Shown here one piece after another: positions 27,113 through 40,775 of a DNA stretch of 64,000 nucleotides (its first letter is position 1; each line of letters opens with the position of its first letter). The notes below the pieces were generated by a model that did not search any database, was not told the DNA's origin, and was given only the letters and a program-made list of their open reading frames with translations. The position numbers and the translations under genes are program-made. The stretch lies in NCBI RefSeq assembly GCF_009914755.1, contig NC_060928.1. One strand, 5' to 3'. The stretch is from the human T2T-CHM13v2.0 reference genome, Homo sapiens.

Positions 27113-28274
27113 GACTATAGAATGACAAATATCCAACCACAAGAATATTTATAACTTTTAAGTGTAGAGTAAAGCTATTATTCCTACTTCTATCTCATAT
27201 AGTTGGCATTGGAAACAAAATTCTTTGCTGATTGGCCCGTGAAAGCAAGCCTAATAAATGAGGACATTTCTCTCTGCTGGCCTGAAAGACAGCATCAGTC
27301 TTGTTTGGTTGTTTTTATACAAGGCAAACAGAGCTTTTCCTACCATGTGGCAGTTGGTCTGTCCTTCATTTTAAATAGTGAGAAAGACAGCACAGAGACT
27401 ATCTCCAGACCCAAGTGCTGACTTACTGGCTTTGGCAACTCTTGAGCTCATGTTTACTTTGTCATGACAATAAAGTTATTCATGTTGAAGTTGAATCAAA
27501 TTGACAGACACCAATAGCTATTGGTAAACTGGAACAAGTACAATTTTTATTTATAGGATTCAGCATAGTGTATTGTATTGGCATTTAATGAAAGCCATAA
27601 ACAATCCCCCAACTGAGAAACAACCTAGAACAGAACAGCAAATTGACCAGCAGTTGTCCACTCATCAGGGTTTTACATAGAATGCTGTGTGAATGGTGTT
27701 CCTTGAAGGAGGCAGTGCACAGGCACAGTACTATTATTATTGGGAAAAGAACTATTCTTTCCAAAATAAAACAACATTTGTGAACCCCCTGCCCAAATCT
27801 AGGGGTTTTAAGGAAATCTCAACAGTCGCACATGTATTTTTATTTTTTTCCTATTTCTGAGAATGAAATTCTGTTATTCTTTCTTCACAAGTTTTATATT
27901 CAGTTACTTAAATTTACAACAAATTTGAACTCCTTTATACCCTTTCACTATTCAACCACATTTATTAAACATTCATCAGCACAATGGATTGATGATATAA
28001 GCAATCCCAATAGGAATGAGAGGACAGGCCCTTTGTCTTTCAAGAGTATGCAACCTAAAAAGAGAAAGAGAATAAACTCTAAAATATTTTGTAAAGCCCA
28101 TTATAAGCTACATAATACACACACACCATCACACAACATGTTTATAAATGATGTGAGGCTGTGGGGTTTCCTGGCATATTGGGCTGATTATTGATTAAGT
28201 TTGCTCAGAGCAAATTTGAAGTGAACTTTGAATTGAAAGGAAAGAATTCATGACATTTACAAGATTCTTTAAAT

Positions 28275-28489
28275 CAAGAGTCAGTAAACTACAGTCCAAA
28301 TCTAGCTTGCTGACTGTTTTTGTAAGAGAAATTTTGCTGGATAATAGACATGTCCATTTGCTTATGTATTATCTACAGCTGCTTTCATGCAACAGTGGCA
28401 GAATTGAGCAGTTACAACAGAGATGGTATTTCCTGCAAACCTGAAATAATTTACTATCTGGCAGTTTAAGAAAGAGTTTGCTGACCCTG
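28275..28489 (+). mobile_element. MER58A-like MITE
   Basis: 'gtcagtaaactacag...gctgctttcatgc...ggcagaattgagcagtt...tttactatctgg...tttgctgaccctg'. Confidence 0.8.
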
Positions 28490-29877
28490 AGAGTGGAAAA
28501 AAAAACAACACAGAAACACTGACTAGCAAGTAGCTCTTATATTTCAGTTATAAAGTGATGGGAACATGGATATGCGTATGTTTTTTATCTTAAATTATTT
28601 CTGGAGAAAGGATGGTTATAGATTAATATTAATATATAGCATGGTAGTCACATAATTGCTTGAGTCTTGATTTCCTTATTTAAAAACTAGAAATGATATC
28701 ACCTACCAACAGATCTTTCAGAGAACTGCATGGGAGGCAAAGTCCTTTTCCCATGAAATGTGGCAGCGTTATTACCCTGGAGCTAACCTCCTCACTATCA
28801 CTGGGTTGTGAATTGTGTGTTGTTATTGCTGAACCAGGGTCTACTTACATAAATATTTCCAACTTTTCCAAATGTTTCAGCACCTTCTTCTGAAGGAGGA
28901 ACTAGATTGTCTTCTTTCATCATTCCTCAAGATTGTACTCTGGATTTCTCAATTTAGCTTAAGTGTGAACTGGAGTTTTAATCTGTGAAGGTTTCATTGT
29001 GAATGTGAAAAAAGAATATAAGAAATTTGACATTTCTTGAAATATGTCCTAAACCATCTTAGGACTTGTTGGGAATAGAAAATCATGCTTTGAACATCTT
29101 TTTTTTTCTTTTTTTTTCAAAAATTTAGAAAAAACCTTCAAGAGGACTACATTATCCACAAAAATATTCTAAGTACTCCCATGCTATAAAGTCCAGCTGT
29201 GAAACTAGTTCTACCTCATGTATAATGCACCAAATACCAAGCTGCAGAATTTAAAGTAATTTTAAGAATTATGAGTAGAGATGAACACATTTCCCTTTAA
29301 AGATACTACTAAATTGAAGCTTATGCAAATATGCTATAGACATTTACATTCTTAAATTTCTAATCCTCCAACCCCTGTCTAGGATCTGAAATGTGCTTCA
29401 TGTTTCCAAGTATGTTCACATTAGTGGTTTTATCCCATAATCTGATTTGGAAGACAGGGTGAAAGTAGTTGTTCCTATTTTTTACTTATATAAAAACTGA
29501 GGCTCAGCTGGGGTAACAGGCCTATTCAAGATGCACACCAGAATTTCTGCTAATGCCCAGATCATTGGCAATACTTCTAAGATCCTTGGAAAGATAAATT
29601 TCACATTGCGTAAAAACTGTTTTAAATGTCTAAGATTTAACTTAAAAATGAGGTATACATATGTGTGTATGTACGTGTCTATGTATCTAAACTGTAGGTA
29701 TAAATATCTATATATAGACAGAAGTATTCCACATCTGTTGCATATCTATATCCGTACCCTATGAAAGAATGCCTTTATAAGAATTTTAAGTTTCTATCTA
29801 CAGAGAGAGTTGTGGAAATCACATTCACTCTCTGTTATGCTATTGTTTATTTCTCAGTGACCTTTAAGAGAAAATTT

Positions 29878-31563
29878 TGATGGCAGAGGTGGCCCATCTA
29901 GAGTGGCCACTGTGAAGATGTTGGCTGCAGTGGAAGAAGTACTGCTGGGGCTCAGTGCTTCACAGAGCCAGCAGGAGGTGGGAAGAGGTGGGATTCCTGC
30001 CTCCTTCCAAGTTGCAGCTGGTAGTCCCTAGTCTGTCCAAGTCTGGCTGGGTGGGGGGTTTTTATGGCCTAAAAGGAAGGAAGTGCATGCTGATTGGTCC
30101 ATGGGCAGCCATGGGAGGGCCCGGAAAAAGCACCTCCCCTGAGTGCAGCTGCAGCCACCCAGCCACAGCTGCAGATGGGGGCATCCCTGTGCTCTCGGGG
30201 CCCCAGAAAACACTTACCCCACTGCCCCCACAGGCTCAGAAGTACCTACTGCCACTGCCCAGCCTCTCACTGCTCCCAGCACCTGATTGAATTTTGGAGC
30301 AAAGATGAGGCCAAACCTGGGAGCTATTGCCACCTGGCCAGGTATGCACATGCTTGAGGTGTCACTAACACACCAGCTCCCTGCCACCTTGGCTTCCTCC
30401 AGACTTTGGGCACTGAGGAGCATGGGAAGGTTGAGGGGGTGCTGAGGGCAGTTCAGTGCAGGCCTGCAGGTTCCCCTTGGCATAAACAGCCTGGGCACAG
30501 TGGATTACATGTGTAGATGATGGCAGGAGGCAGACAGGCTCCTGGGCAGAAAGGGGCAAGTCCCTGGTGAAGCCCAGAATTCAAGTCAGGGAAGGCCTGA
30601 AGCATGGGGTTTGGGCTGTCAGTTCCAGGTGGAGTCCCCAGATCGAAGTGAGAACTTATGGTGATTTTTCTGGGCCCACCCATGGCTGCCCATGGACCAA
30701 TCAGCACACACTTCCTCTCTTTTGAGCCAAAAAAACCCCTGGACTCAGCCAGACTCCAACAGACATCAGCACTACCAGCTCCAGGAAGGAGCTACACACA
30801 TCAGTTCTCCTCTTCACTGAGAGCTGGACGCTTGTGGGGACGACCTGCCTGTGGAAAACGGCTACCCACTGCAGGTCTCCTGAGAGCTGTTCTGTCACTT
30901 AATGAAGCTCCTCTCTACTTTCCTCACCCTGTAGTTGTCCACATACTTAATTATTCTAGGACGAAGGACAAGAACTTGGGACCTGCTGAATGGTGGGACT
31001 GAGAATTGTGACACAAACAGGGCTGAAACATGCACCCTCATTTGCCATGTTGTGGGTGACGAGAAGGAGAGAAGAGCTGTGACCTTTTGGGGAGCCTAGA
31101 CCTAGGGGTTCCCAGAGCCAGGGCTGTGACACCCTCACTTGGGCTCTGCAGTTCCTGGTTTCTCCAAGCTTCTGGGCATCACCACGTTCCCCTTGTGCAG
31201 ACGCAGGTGCCTGCAGCAGAAGCTATGTGTCGTACATCTGGTTCAGCAGTAGCCTTGCACAGAGCTGGCACCTGTACCGGTGCCTGTAGCTGCCCACCCC
31301 GCTGCAACAACTGGCGTGCCTGGCTGTGCACAGTGGTGAAACCCTGCACTTGCTTGCCCACACACCCCTTGCTGCTCCATGCCTGGCTTGCCCTTGGCAG
31401 ATGAGGGATCCAGGCCAGTAGTGTGAACTGAGTGCAGCCTGCTAGGCTGCGTGGGTGGGATGAGCCCAGCGGGCACAAGCAGTACTCAGGCAGAAGGTGC
31501 CAGTGGCCACAGAGGTTTCTGGGCACAGAGGATCCAAAGCAACACCCCAAGGATCCCGTGACA
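29878..31563 (+). mobile_element. ERV1 solo LTR, MER52 family
   Basis: TG...CA ends (TGATGGC...CCCGTGACA); 4-bp TSD ATTT (29874-29877, 31564-31567), consistent with ERV1; GC-rich; 'gctgcccatggaccaatcagcacacacttcc...ggactcagccagactc' MER52 motif. Confidence 0.85.
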
Positions 31564-33329
31564 ATTTCATAGATTATACTTATTTTCTGCAGTCACAACA
31601 GATGGAGGACTCAATGCTTATGTTGGAGAAGGAAGCTACATTGTCCCTGAGTTCATGGAAATGTCAAGTCTAGAAGATGGAAAAGTTCAGTTAATATCTC
31701 CAGAGACCCACAGTGAGTTTCACGCTCCATAAAATTACTTATGCTTTTATGTACAGTGCATGATCATCATCTCTTGGCAACTGGACACAAGTTAAGCACC
31801 TTCCATATGCAGCAGGGAAAACCTCTTCAGCAAGGAGGTCTACCCATTGGCATGCACAGATAATACTAGCTTTAGTTTTCCTATGTTGAAAGGAACATTC
31901 ACCATGCTTCATGAGGGGTGTTGGATTAATGTGAAGTGTTTTCCAAAGGGGAAGGGATGTTCAGATGCCTGAGGAAACAAGGCACCAAGAGGGTGTAGTG
32001 AAAGTCATTTACTCACATTGACAAATTAATTATTTTCATGGCTGTGAACACAGTCTGCAGTGTGCACATGGTGTGTGTGCGTGTGGAATATACACACGTA
32101 TTTTAGGCTCTGTTTCTGCACTTATGTTTAATTTATAAAGCCCAATGAACAGCACTACCTTGCCACAGATAAGCAGACAATCCTTCAAGTAGCCTTTTCT
32201 TCCCTTGTGGAGAGGAAGCCTTGAGAACATGGATGTGTCTGTATGTATCCCCAAAACTCTCACTTTGTGTGCCAACTTGATTGTCCTTTTCATTAATTTT
32301 TAATACGATTACTCTGGAGTGCTCTGAATTGGAAACTAAGATGGATCAAATGACAAGATATCAATTTCATGTTCAAGATAGTCTCACTTTAGAGACTTGG
32401 GGAATATGGGAGATACTCTTGTCTCAGTAAAAGAACATTTTGAAAGCACCTATTAGGAGGAATTTTATGGTCAAATTCCAAAACTGACTTAAAGATATAT
32501 TTATGTCTTATTTCAGAAAAATCCATTTCTTTGATCAGCCTTCCATGATGCCTATAATTTCCACCCTGAATATCATCATCCTTCTGGGTTTTAGCATTTT
32601 GCTTTAGAATGCCTCTAAGAATATGTATCACATATAAAGTCAGTATATTAAGAGTTGTGTCTTTGGGACACTGTTTCTTATAGACACTGTTGAATAAACT
32701 GGCACATCTGAATAGTCTGTCCACTAAAGGAAATTGCACAGGGCAGGTAAGTTTTGATTCATAATAAGGAGGATGCATTTATTTAAAGATTCATTTATCC
32801 AAGCATTCCCTGTTTCTCTGTTGAACATGCTTTATTAATTTTTCACTCTGAGTGTCCACAGGAGATGCTAATCCTAGGTTTGGTGAAGGCAATGACACCA
32901 TGAGGCACCTAGGTGCACCAGGCACAGAGGGGTCTAAGTTTGCAGAAACAATATTGACAGTCAATAAAAGACACTCGTGAAAAGGGAAATCATGTTAGTC
33001 GGAGAATCAAGGTGAAGTCTATTCAACCTCTACCTTACCTCCGGGTGATCCTGGCCACTGTCCACATCACTGGATACCTAGGTGGCAGAGGAGACTGTGA
33101 GATGTCTTGAGACAACTGTCAGGGTGGAAGCCCACCCACCGCCACACTGTTGCCTGTCCAGGAACACACACCAGGGCTTCTTTCTTACACTGTTCCTGCC
33201 TGCTGTGGCCCTCTTGAGGATTTTGGTTATAGGCCCTGAGATAGGATTTTAATATTAAAGCCAATAAAATGATACTTTAAAAAAAGATGTAGAAAAGACT
33301 AACAGACCATTAAAGCGAGTACAAAGACC

Positions 33330-33545
33330 CTGTACTTGAGGGTCAAAGACAAGATCTTCGCAGTGGTCTACCAGGTTCCCATGATCTGTGTCCCACCTCC
33401 TTTAGCTCCTCAGTACTGATCCAAATTCAACTCCCTATTCACTTGTTTCAGAGTCATCTCTATGAACACAGGGAATGGGGGTTTCCACAGTACTTAGAAC
33501 AGTGCCTGGAAAACAGTAGGCACTCATTATGTTTTTTAAAAGCAA
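33330..33545 (+). mobile_element. L2 3' relic
   Basis: 'cagtacttagaacagtgcctggaaaacagtaggcactca'. Confidence 0.65.
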
Positions 33546-33569
33546 CACATGAAAAATCGAGGTCTTACC

Positions 33570-33720
33570 TATTCTATTCTATAACTTACTTGAGCCTCAG
33601 ATTGCCCATTTGGTAAAGATGAGATCACTGCCGATTTTGCAGAGAAGGTGGGAGGATAAAAAGGATCATACACATAAAGGTCTTGGCAGAAGTGCTCACT
33701 TAGGCATCATATGTATTAAA
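33570..33720 (+). mobile_element. MIR relic
   Basis: 'tgagcctcagattgcccatttggtaaagatgagat...gggaggataaa'. Confidence 0.55.
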
Positions 33721-33814
33721 AAAAAAGAAAAGGATCCTCACAGTGTGTCCTACAAAAAGTTGGTACTAAATAATGATTTGATTTGCTTCCTCTCCTCTTT
33801 TATTCTTCTGAATA

Positions 33815-34065
33815 TAATAATGGCAGTTAATACTTATTGCACTTGTACTGTATGGCAGGCTCAATGTTGAGCATTTTATAAGGATTGTCTCACAAACTTT
33901 TCTCAACTCCGTGAAGTGAGAAACATATATTCTCATTTTTTAGATGGGGATTAGAAAAGTTAATTTTTTTTTCCCAAGGTCATCCAGCCAGTGAACAGTC
34001 AAACCAGGGTGCAAATTAGATTTACGTGACACTATCATTCCGCACTTCACTACAACACTATACTA
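33815..34065 (-). mobile_element. MIR relic
   Basis: 'aatacttattgcactt...ctcattttttagatgggg...cccaaggtcatccagc'. Confidence 0.65.
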
Positions 34066-37037
34066 CAAGTGGCATAAGGAAAACTTAACTGTACTCTCAA
34101 GCTTGTTTCACACCTTGGTTAGATGACTCATATATTATCTATGCTTTGATAGCTGGGACATAAAGTGTTTCTTACAAATGGACATTATGAATCGTTTACA
34201 TGTTTTTGTTTTTGGTTGTTTTTTATTTTTGTTTACATGGTTTTTGTTTTTGTTGTTGTTGCTGTTTGTTTTTTAAATCTCAGGGTATCTTAAATAGCCC
34301 AGCTAACTTAACACGTTTGCCTAAACCATCTTCATAAAACTCCATCCCTGGCTGTAAAGAGTTGATGTGAAGGTCTTCCTAAGATATAAAATAAAGTTAT
34401 AATCTGTCATTGATTATTTCCTTGCAAGGAGCAATAATAAAAAATTAGATTTACACATCTTATATTGAACATAGCACCTTTTTTAAATCATGAAATGAAC
34501 CCTATTTCATAGGCATTATTAGTATCCTCCAGTATCACTGGAGAGATTAGAACATTTGCCCCATGACCACACAGCTAGTAAGTGATGGAGCCCTTGAGAA
34601 ATTATGAAAACTGAATTTTAGCAATTGATTTTCATAGGTGTTAACATAACTCAAGAACCTCATTTAGTCTAACTCCAATGCCTGTCCTCTTCACCATTGT
34701 ATTAAACTATAAAATGCTATATCAAGGTGGTAATTTATTATACCTTTTCTTATACCATTATTCCACGTGGAAATTTCTTCTCCGGAATGCCTTCACAAGA
34801 ACTTCAAGTTCCCATCTATGGAAACCCTCTTTACAACTATTTATTCAATGCACTGAGCTGGTGATCACTCTCACAAGTATCTGAGAACAAAGGGCAAAAA
34901 TGACTTTGGCATAACAACCCATACTCCTCAAGTGTCTGTCTGACCACGTTGGCTGACTAGAGAGGCCCTAAGCTGTGAAGTAACAGATAGTTCTGTTAAG
35001 GCATTTAGATGGGTTGTCCAAAACCAAAAGTTGGCAATCGTCCCAAAATGATGTGGCAAGGTTCTGACCCCTTACTGGGCAGAGGGGAAAGTTGAAGACT
35101 CTTTTCTTGTTGCTGATGGTCTCAGTTGCCAAGGGTATGTGCCTGCCAGTCTCCAAATCAACTTCTGGTAGAGACTGGAGGTGGAGATCACTTCTGTAGA
35201 CTAAATTAGGCATCTGGAGAAATAGTATTAATTCTGTCAAGCTGCTTAAAACTGAGTTCGGAGTACTTCAGCCTCCCAGCACACTGCTTATGTGATCAAA
35301 GTCAGCTGTATCTTACAGCCAATGCTGTTCTTCCCTTGAAAAAACTTCTCAACAAAGTTGGGAGATTTCCTTCTTTTTTTACCTCATAATCTGCTGTTAT
35401 AATTTTTAAATTATTACCCAATACCATCATTCCCATTCTTTTCTACATTTTCTACCAAAGGCAGCCACATTCATTGAGTTTAGAAATATTTAAATTTCTT
35501 GTTGAGTTTCATTTTACTCCTAAACTCGTTCATCAATATCTGTCTCCATCTTGTCATTCATGTTACCATTATGGGATGAGTCCACTTGCATAGACACCAG
35601 CCCCCTTCACATGTACAAACTTTTATGTCATGTCTTATAGCCCACCACAGCACAGTGACACTTTTCAGGGTGCACTGAAAGCAAGATCAAAGATATGATG
35701 AAGTGACATAAAATTGTAAGCCACCAGATTCACAACAACATTCAAAAGTTTGGCAGGAGGGCATCATTAATATTTAAGAAGATTCCCTGCTTTTTGGCAG
35801 GAATTCTGCACACAACTTTCCAATTAGCATGCTTTATGGCTGGGGAGAAGCTGGTTTATCGGTTGTAAGTACATTGTCTGACTGAAATCTTTCCTGTCAG
35901 ATAAATTACAAAGGAATTTGTACAACTTTACCCAGACTCAGACTTAGCTCAAGATTAATATGAAAACAGGGCCCTCCCTCAAGTCTTCTTTGAGTTCTTC
36001 TGAGAGTTTTCTTCATTAAGTCTTCCAAATGCTCTGCTTAGCTAGTGAAACATTAAATGATATTCTTACCAGGAGGTGCAGGATGGAAGTTTCAACTAAA
36101 TCTTCTCACAAGAATGATCTAGATTGAGACATTGCATTAGGGACTGGGAGTGAATTACTTACCGTGACACAACCTTCTTACTTTCTGCTTGCTATGGGTT
36201 GAAATACAATTAATATAACTTGAGCTGAGTAGGATGAAACCTTAACTTAATAAACAAAAGCTTGATGGTGTCTCTTCCATTTTATGATTCGTGCCCTCTG
36301 GGCAAAATCTCAAAACATCAATAGGTAATTTTTCTGGGGATATTTTATTGTTTTGAAACATTTTAAATGTGTTTCTGAGATTCTGTATAGTCCTATTTGA
36401 GATGAATCATGACTTAAGGATGTTCTTGACTTACTGTTGCATGAAAGGAACCCCAAACATTTCCCATTAGAGAGAACTTTGTCCTACATAAGGGAACCTT
36501 TCCATCATTATCAAACTGTTGTTAGTGAAAACTTACAGGCTAATAATTTAGTTGTTCTAAATTTGCAGCATGTTGGTAGAAAACATTATTTCCCTTGTGA
36601 TATTTATGGTTTAATTTGAAAATTAAATGCAAAAGAATTCTGCACTAACACTATGTACACACACAAAAAATCTCTTGAGGTCGCATCATAAAAAGTATTC
36701 ATAATTCTGTGATTAACAGCCCTAACATATATGCATTGTGCTTTGAAATTGAGATGTTACATCTAATAGCTAATCTAATTTTCTGATTAACTTTGAATAT
36801 ATCTAAAGCAGCTGTTATTCATATAGGACACATTTATAAACCCAATGTGTATAGGATTTATATCATTATTTTCTATCAATGTCTTATTAATTGATTTGTT
36901 ATAACAACATAAATATTTTTTCTCACATGAGAAAATAAATTATGCTGATAGTAAGCAAGCCAAAATCTCTTTGACAGTCATTGTGCCCAACTGAGATTTT
37001 TCTAGATGGATGCTATCCTTTCAATGATGAATTCCTC

Positions 37038-37256
37038 AGGAACAGGACTAGTGAGACACACTTTCTAAGCAAAAAATTTAAGGGGCCTCCAAAAAGCTCA
37101 GTAATCAAGATAAATAACACTTTAAGATGATATTTAAAATCTAAATTAATGCAAAACTACTTAATGAACAAAATACCAAAATTTTAAATCAAGACAGGGT
37201 TAGTATCACTGATATTTCCTTTGCCTCAGGTTCCATTATGGCTCAGCAGGACACTG
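37038..37256. mobile_element. hAT-Tip100 MITE (ORSL-like)
   Basis: 'aaatttaaggggcctccaaaaagctcagtaatcaagataaataa...tttgcctcaggttccattatggctcagcaggacactg'; family recalled, not verified. Confidence 0.55.
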
Positions 37257-37579
37257 GAATGTTTCCATTTCTTAACAGATCAATGGTAAATATTCACTTT
37301 GTATTATTTGTATAATAATATTTTCAGCCTTGATGTTGCACTAGTTTTAAAATGTTAACTCACTTTAATATGTGATTCTTTTTCCACCAAGGCTGTAAAT
37401 TATTAGAAATCAGAAACTCTGGTTATACCTCTCTATTGCAGTAAACTACTGATCATAATAACTGTTTAACTCTACTTAAAACCACACTTGGATAAGGAGA
37501 AGACAGTCTTTCTTCTTAAGAGGCTATTTATTGAAACAAAAAAAGTCATACAGTTAGCAAGTTACAGGGAAGAAAAAAA

Positions 37580-37750
37580 GCAGTGGTTTGATTATTATCT
37601 CTGCCACTCAGTACCTGTGTGACTTCAGGCATGTTACTTAACTTCTCTGGTCCTCCATTTTCCCACCTGTGATATGAACATTTTACTGGGTGACACTGAA
37701 GATTAAGTGAGATAACCAGTGTGAAATACTCAACCCATACCAGACACTAA
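37580..37750 (+). mobile_element. MIR relic
   Basis: 'tgtgtgacttcaggcatgttacttaacttctctg...gaagattaagtgagataa'. Confidence 0.75.
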
Positions 37751-40627
37751 GGATTTTTTTCCTTCCCGAATTGCATTGTCTCCATCATATCTATGAATAA
37801 TTAATACACACTTTTAGTTCCAAGATGCCAACCAAGTAGGCAATCATTCTTCTCTACGGATCATCACTGGGGCCACAGAAGTATGCCTGCACTCAAGAGC
37901 TAGCTCCGCCTCCCCACCTTTCCTGACCCTAGCTATATCTGGCTATTGGTTGTCTAACCTGGGGCATACACCAGATGGCAGTGTCCCATTGAGGACTAGA
38001 TGTTTCTAGCCTTTCAGCTCACTGACCAAGTGACCAGTTGCTTTGCCATATCTGTATGCGTGTTACAGGTCAATAGCCTTAGCCTTGGGGCCTAGTAGAT
38101 GTTCATTGTAAAAATAAACACTGGAAAAACCTCTGTACAGATTCTATTCCCCTTCAATTGCAAAGCATTTCATTTGCAAGGTCAATTGGAAAAGGTACAT
38201 ATGTGATGTAGTAGTAAGCATGCACTTCAAATAGGTTTGTGTCAATATTTACATTTGTGTGCACTTCAACAAGTAAGTACATAACGATCCTTTACGGTCT
38301 GACACAGTGCTAGGCACCAAAGCTACAGGCATAAGGAATGCAGGTTCACTACCTTCAAGCAACTCATTGTTTGGTAGAAAAGACAGCGTTTTATGCAACC
38401 AATAATAATACAATGTGATTATTGTTATTCTATTTAACACAGATGACTTCCAATTTTTTTTATCTTTTATGTATCTGTCCTGGAGTTAATGCATTGCATG
38501 GATTTTACTAAGTTCACTTGCCGTTAGCTAAAAACTCTCAAATGTAGATGCCTAGTGTTTTCCATTTAAAATATATAGAGCCTTTCTATCTTGCTACAAT
38601 CCATCATGTATGTGACGTTTGACGTGTATATACCATATCCACTTTTTAATACTAAGAAGTAGTATACTCAACAGTTCTGCCACATCTATTAATTTATCTT
38701 ACAAATATTTATTATGGGATGCCAGGTACTCTGCTTACGAAAGTGTAAATATGAATGAACTAGAGTTCTTGCTCTAATAAAAGGTTAAAAATGGTTAGAA
38801 TGTGAAGTTCTGCTAAGGCAGTGTGCTGCAAGCACGTGAGTGAGTATGAGTGTGTATAAATTTATGTACACATGCAATTCTTAGCTGTGCTACTGCTATC
38901 TTTGGTAATATTTGTGAACTGATGGCTGAGTCATTTACACAAGGGATGTGTGTGTATGTGTGGGTGTGTGTTGTCACTTGGTGTATGATTATGGTTGCTG
39001 AAATTAAAGGCCACTTTTCTGTGTAGTTCTCACAAAGACACACATCATCTAGGATTGCCAAACTGGAAAAATAATAACTAGAGTAAATTTATTCTGGTCA
39101 CATTGTCCTTCCCTTTTTCTTATTCATTCCCTTCCTGTCTCCGTCCTGAGCCACCTGCCTCCCACCAGGAGCAGTCACGTGCCCTCCCATGACCTCTAAG
39201 GACTCACAGGAATCTGATTTTCCTACTGCATCCTGCCAGCTGGGGCCTTGGGAATCTGACACCCCACTGGATCTTTCACAGGCTCTGCCCTGGCATTTCA
39301 GAGTAGGCGCCACACAGATCCCTCCCTCTCTTGTGCCCCAATCTATGCAAGGACACTGCCCATGGCATTTCAAAGACCAGCTCTGCTACTGGGAGGCTTG
39401 CTGTTCCTGGGAACCTGACTGCCAACACCAATGGAAGCTCAGCAAAGAGGCAGCTTTTTAGGTTCCTTGGCCAGTGGGGCCCCAAAGGTGCCTATTAGAG
39501 CTGCACATGGCCGACAGATTAAAGTTCAAATGCAGCTGGATCATTATCTGAGATTTAGATGAAAAGGGGATTCGAAACCCTCTCTTCTTTCTCAAAGTGT
39601 TGATAATTTCCCTCTGCACAAAAGGGAAGAGTGGAAATAGTCCCCGAAATCCTGACTTATCTGTGGAATATTGGAACTGACATCTACTTTTTTGGCCATT
39701 GATGTTTTAGGAGGCATCGTAGTTACTGTCTGTTCCTTCCTATAATTCACAAGGTCTGTGACTGAGTCTGGGAATCTACATTTTTAAAAATGCACCTTCT
39801 TTTTTTTTTTAATGTAGTCTAAATGGAAGCCACTGCTTAAAGTTTCTTCCTAACCTGATGCACTGTGAGTCTATTGCCTCCAGGATACAAACAGGGAAGC
39901 TTATCATTACAAAATCAAGTAAGAAGACAGGAGCAGACCAAGCTTAGACCTCAAGTGTCCTGGCATCTCATTGACTCCTGGCCCTCTGCACTCAGCTGAC
40001 TCCAACAGAGCCCAGGTTTTACCACGTGAGCTTCAAATGAGGAATGAGGCCTGGACTCTGCATGGAAAAAGCAGATGGACACTTACAAGGCTTCCACAGG
40101 GCTCCAAAAATGACAAAGTCATTGTTGAGTGCTGTAAAAAGATAGCCAGAAGAAAAAGGAGTTGTGAGTTCTGGGAATGAGATGATAAAACAATGCAAAT
40201 TTCTAAACAATGCCAATTTCTAAAAATGAAAGAACATAGCAAAGAATGAAGCAAGGGCTGCGGTGGGTAGGCCCTTGGTTGAATCAGGCTATGAGGTGTG
40301 AGAAGAACAGCTATGTTCAATTGTGTAAAGCAAGTCATGGAGCCTGGGAAATTGTCCAAACAGAGTAGGCTCTGGAAAAGGATGGCAGCCCCAGAGAAGG
40401 GAGGAGGGTTGCATAGTGAGTGGGAGGTGGGTAGCAGTGTACTGAAGACAACAGTGAGCTCCTGCGTGATATATCCAGATCACCCACTGCTCACACCTTG
40501 AAACATTTATCTCTAGGTCCCTGTCAAAAAGACATAAGGCAAAAAGACTAATCACAATGACTACTAGTTATTGAGCATGTGCTCTGTGCATAGAGCAGGT
40601 CTCTTGCTAGCATGCTCCTTTAAGGAA

Positions 40628-40775
40628 GCAGAAGTGATTTACTATGAAGCTATAAAGCTTACACTTCAGGGCCCTCACTTGCATAGGCCCCACTCATGGT
40701 CCTGAGAGGGGGCCCTAGAAATGTGTTCATTCAGTCACGTATTTTATAAAACTTACAAAGAAGAATATTTTTTAA
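40628..40775. mobile_element. hAT-Tip100 fragment (MER115/Zaphod-like end)
   Basis: 'gatttactatgaagcta...cttcagggccctcacttgca...gggccctagaaatgtgttca'. Confidence 0.55.

Noticed and set aside
29955-31550. Cluster of overlapping 60-123 aa ORFs
   Set aside because: All lie inside the GC-rich MER52 LTR, where stop codons are scarce; no recognisable domain
32389-32778. 129-aa - strand ORF in apparently unique sequence
   Set aside because: No recognisable homology or gene structure; this length is compatible with chance in 64 kb
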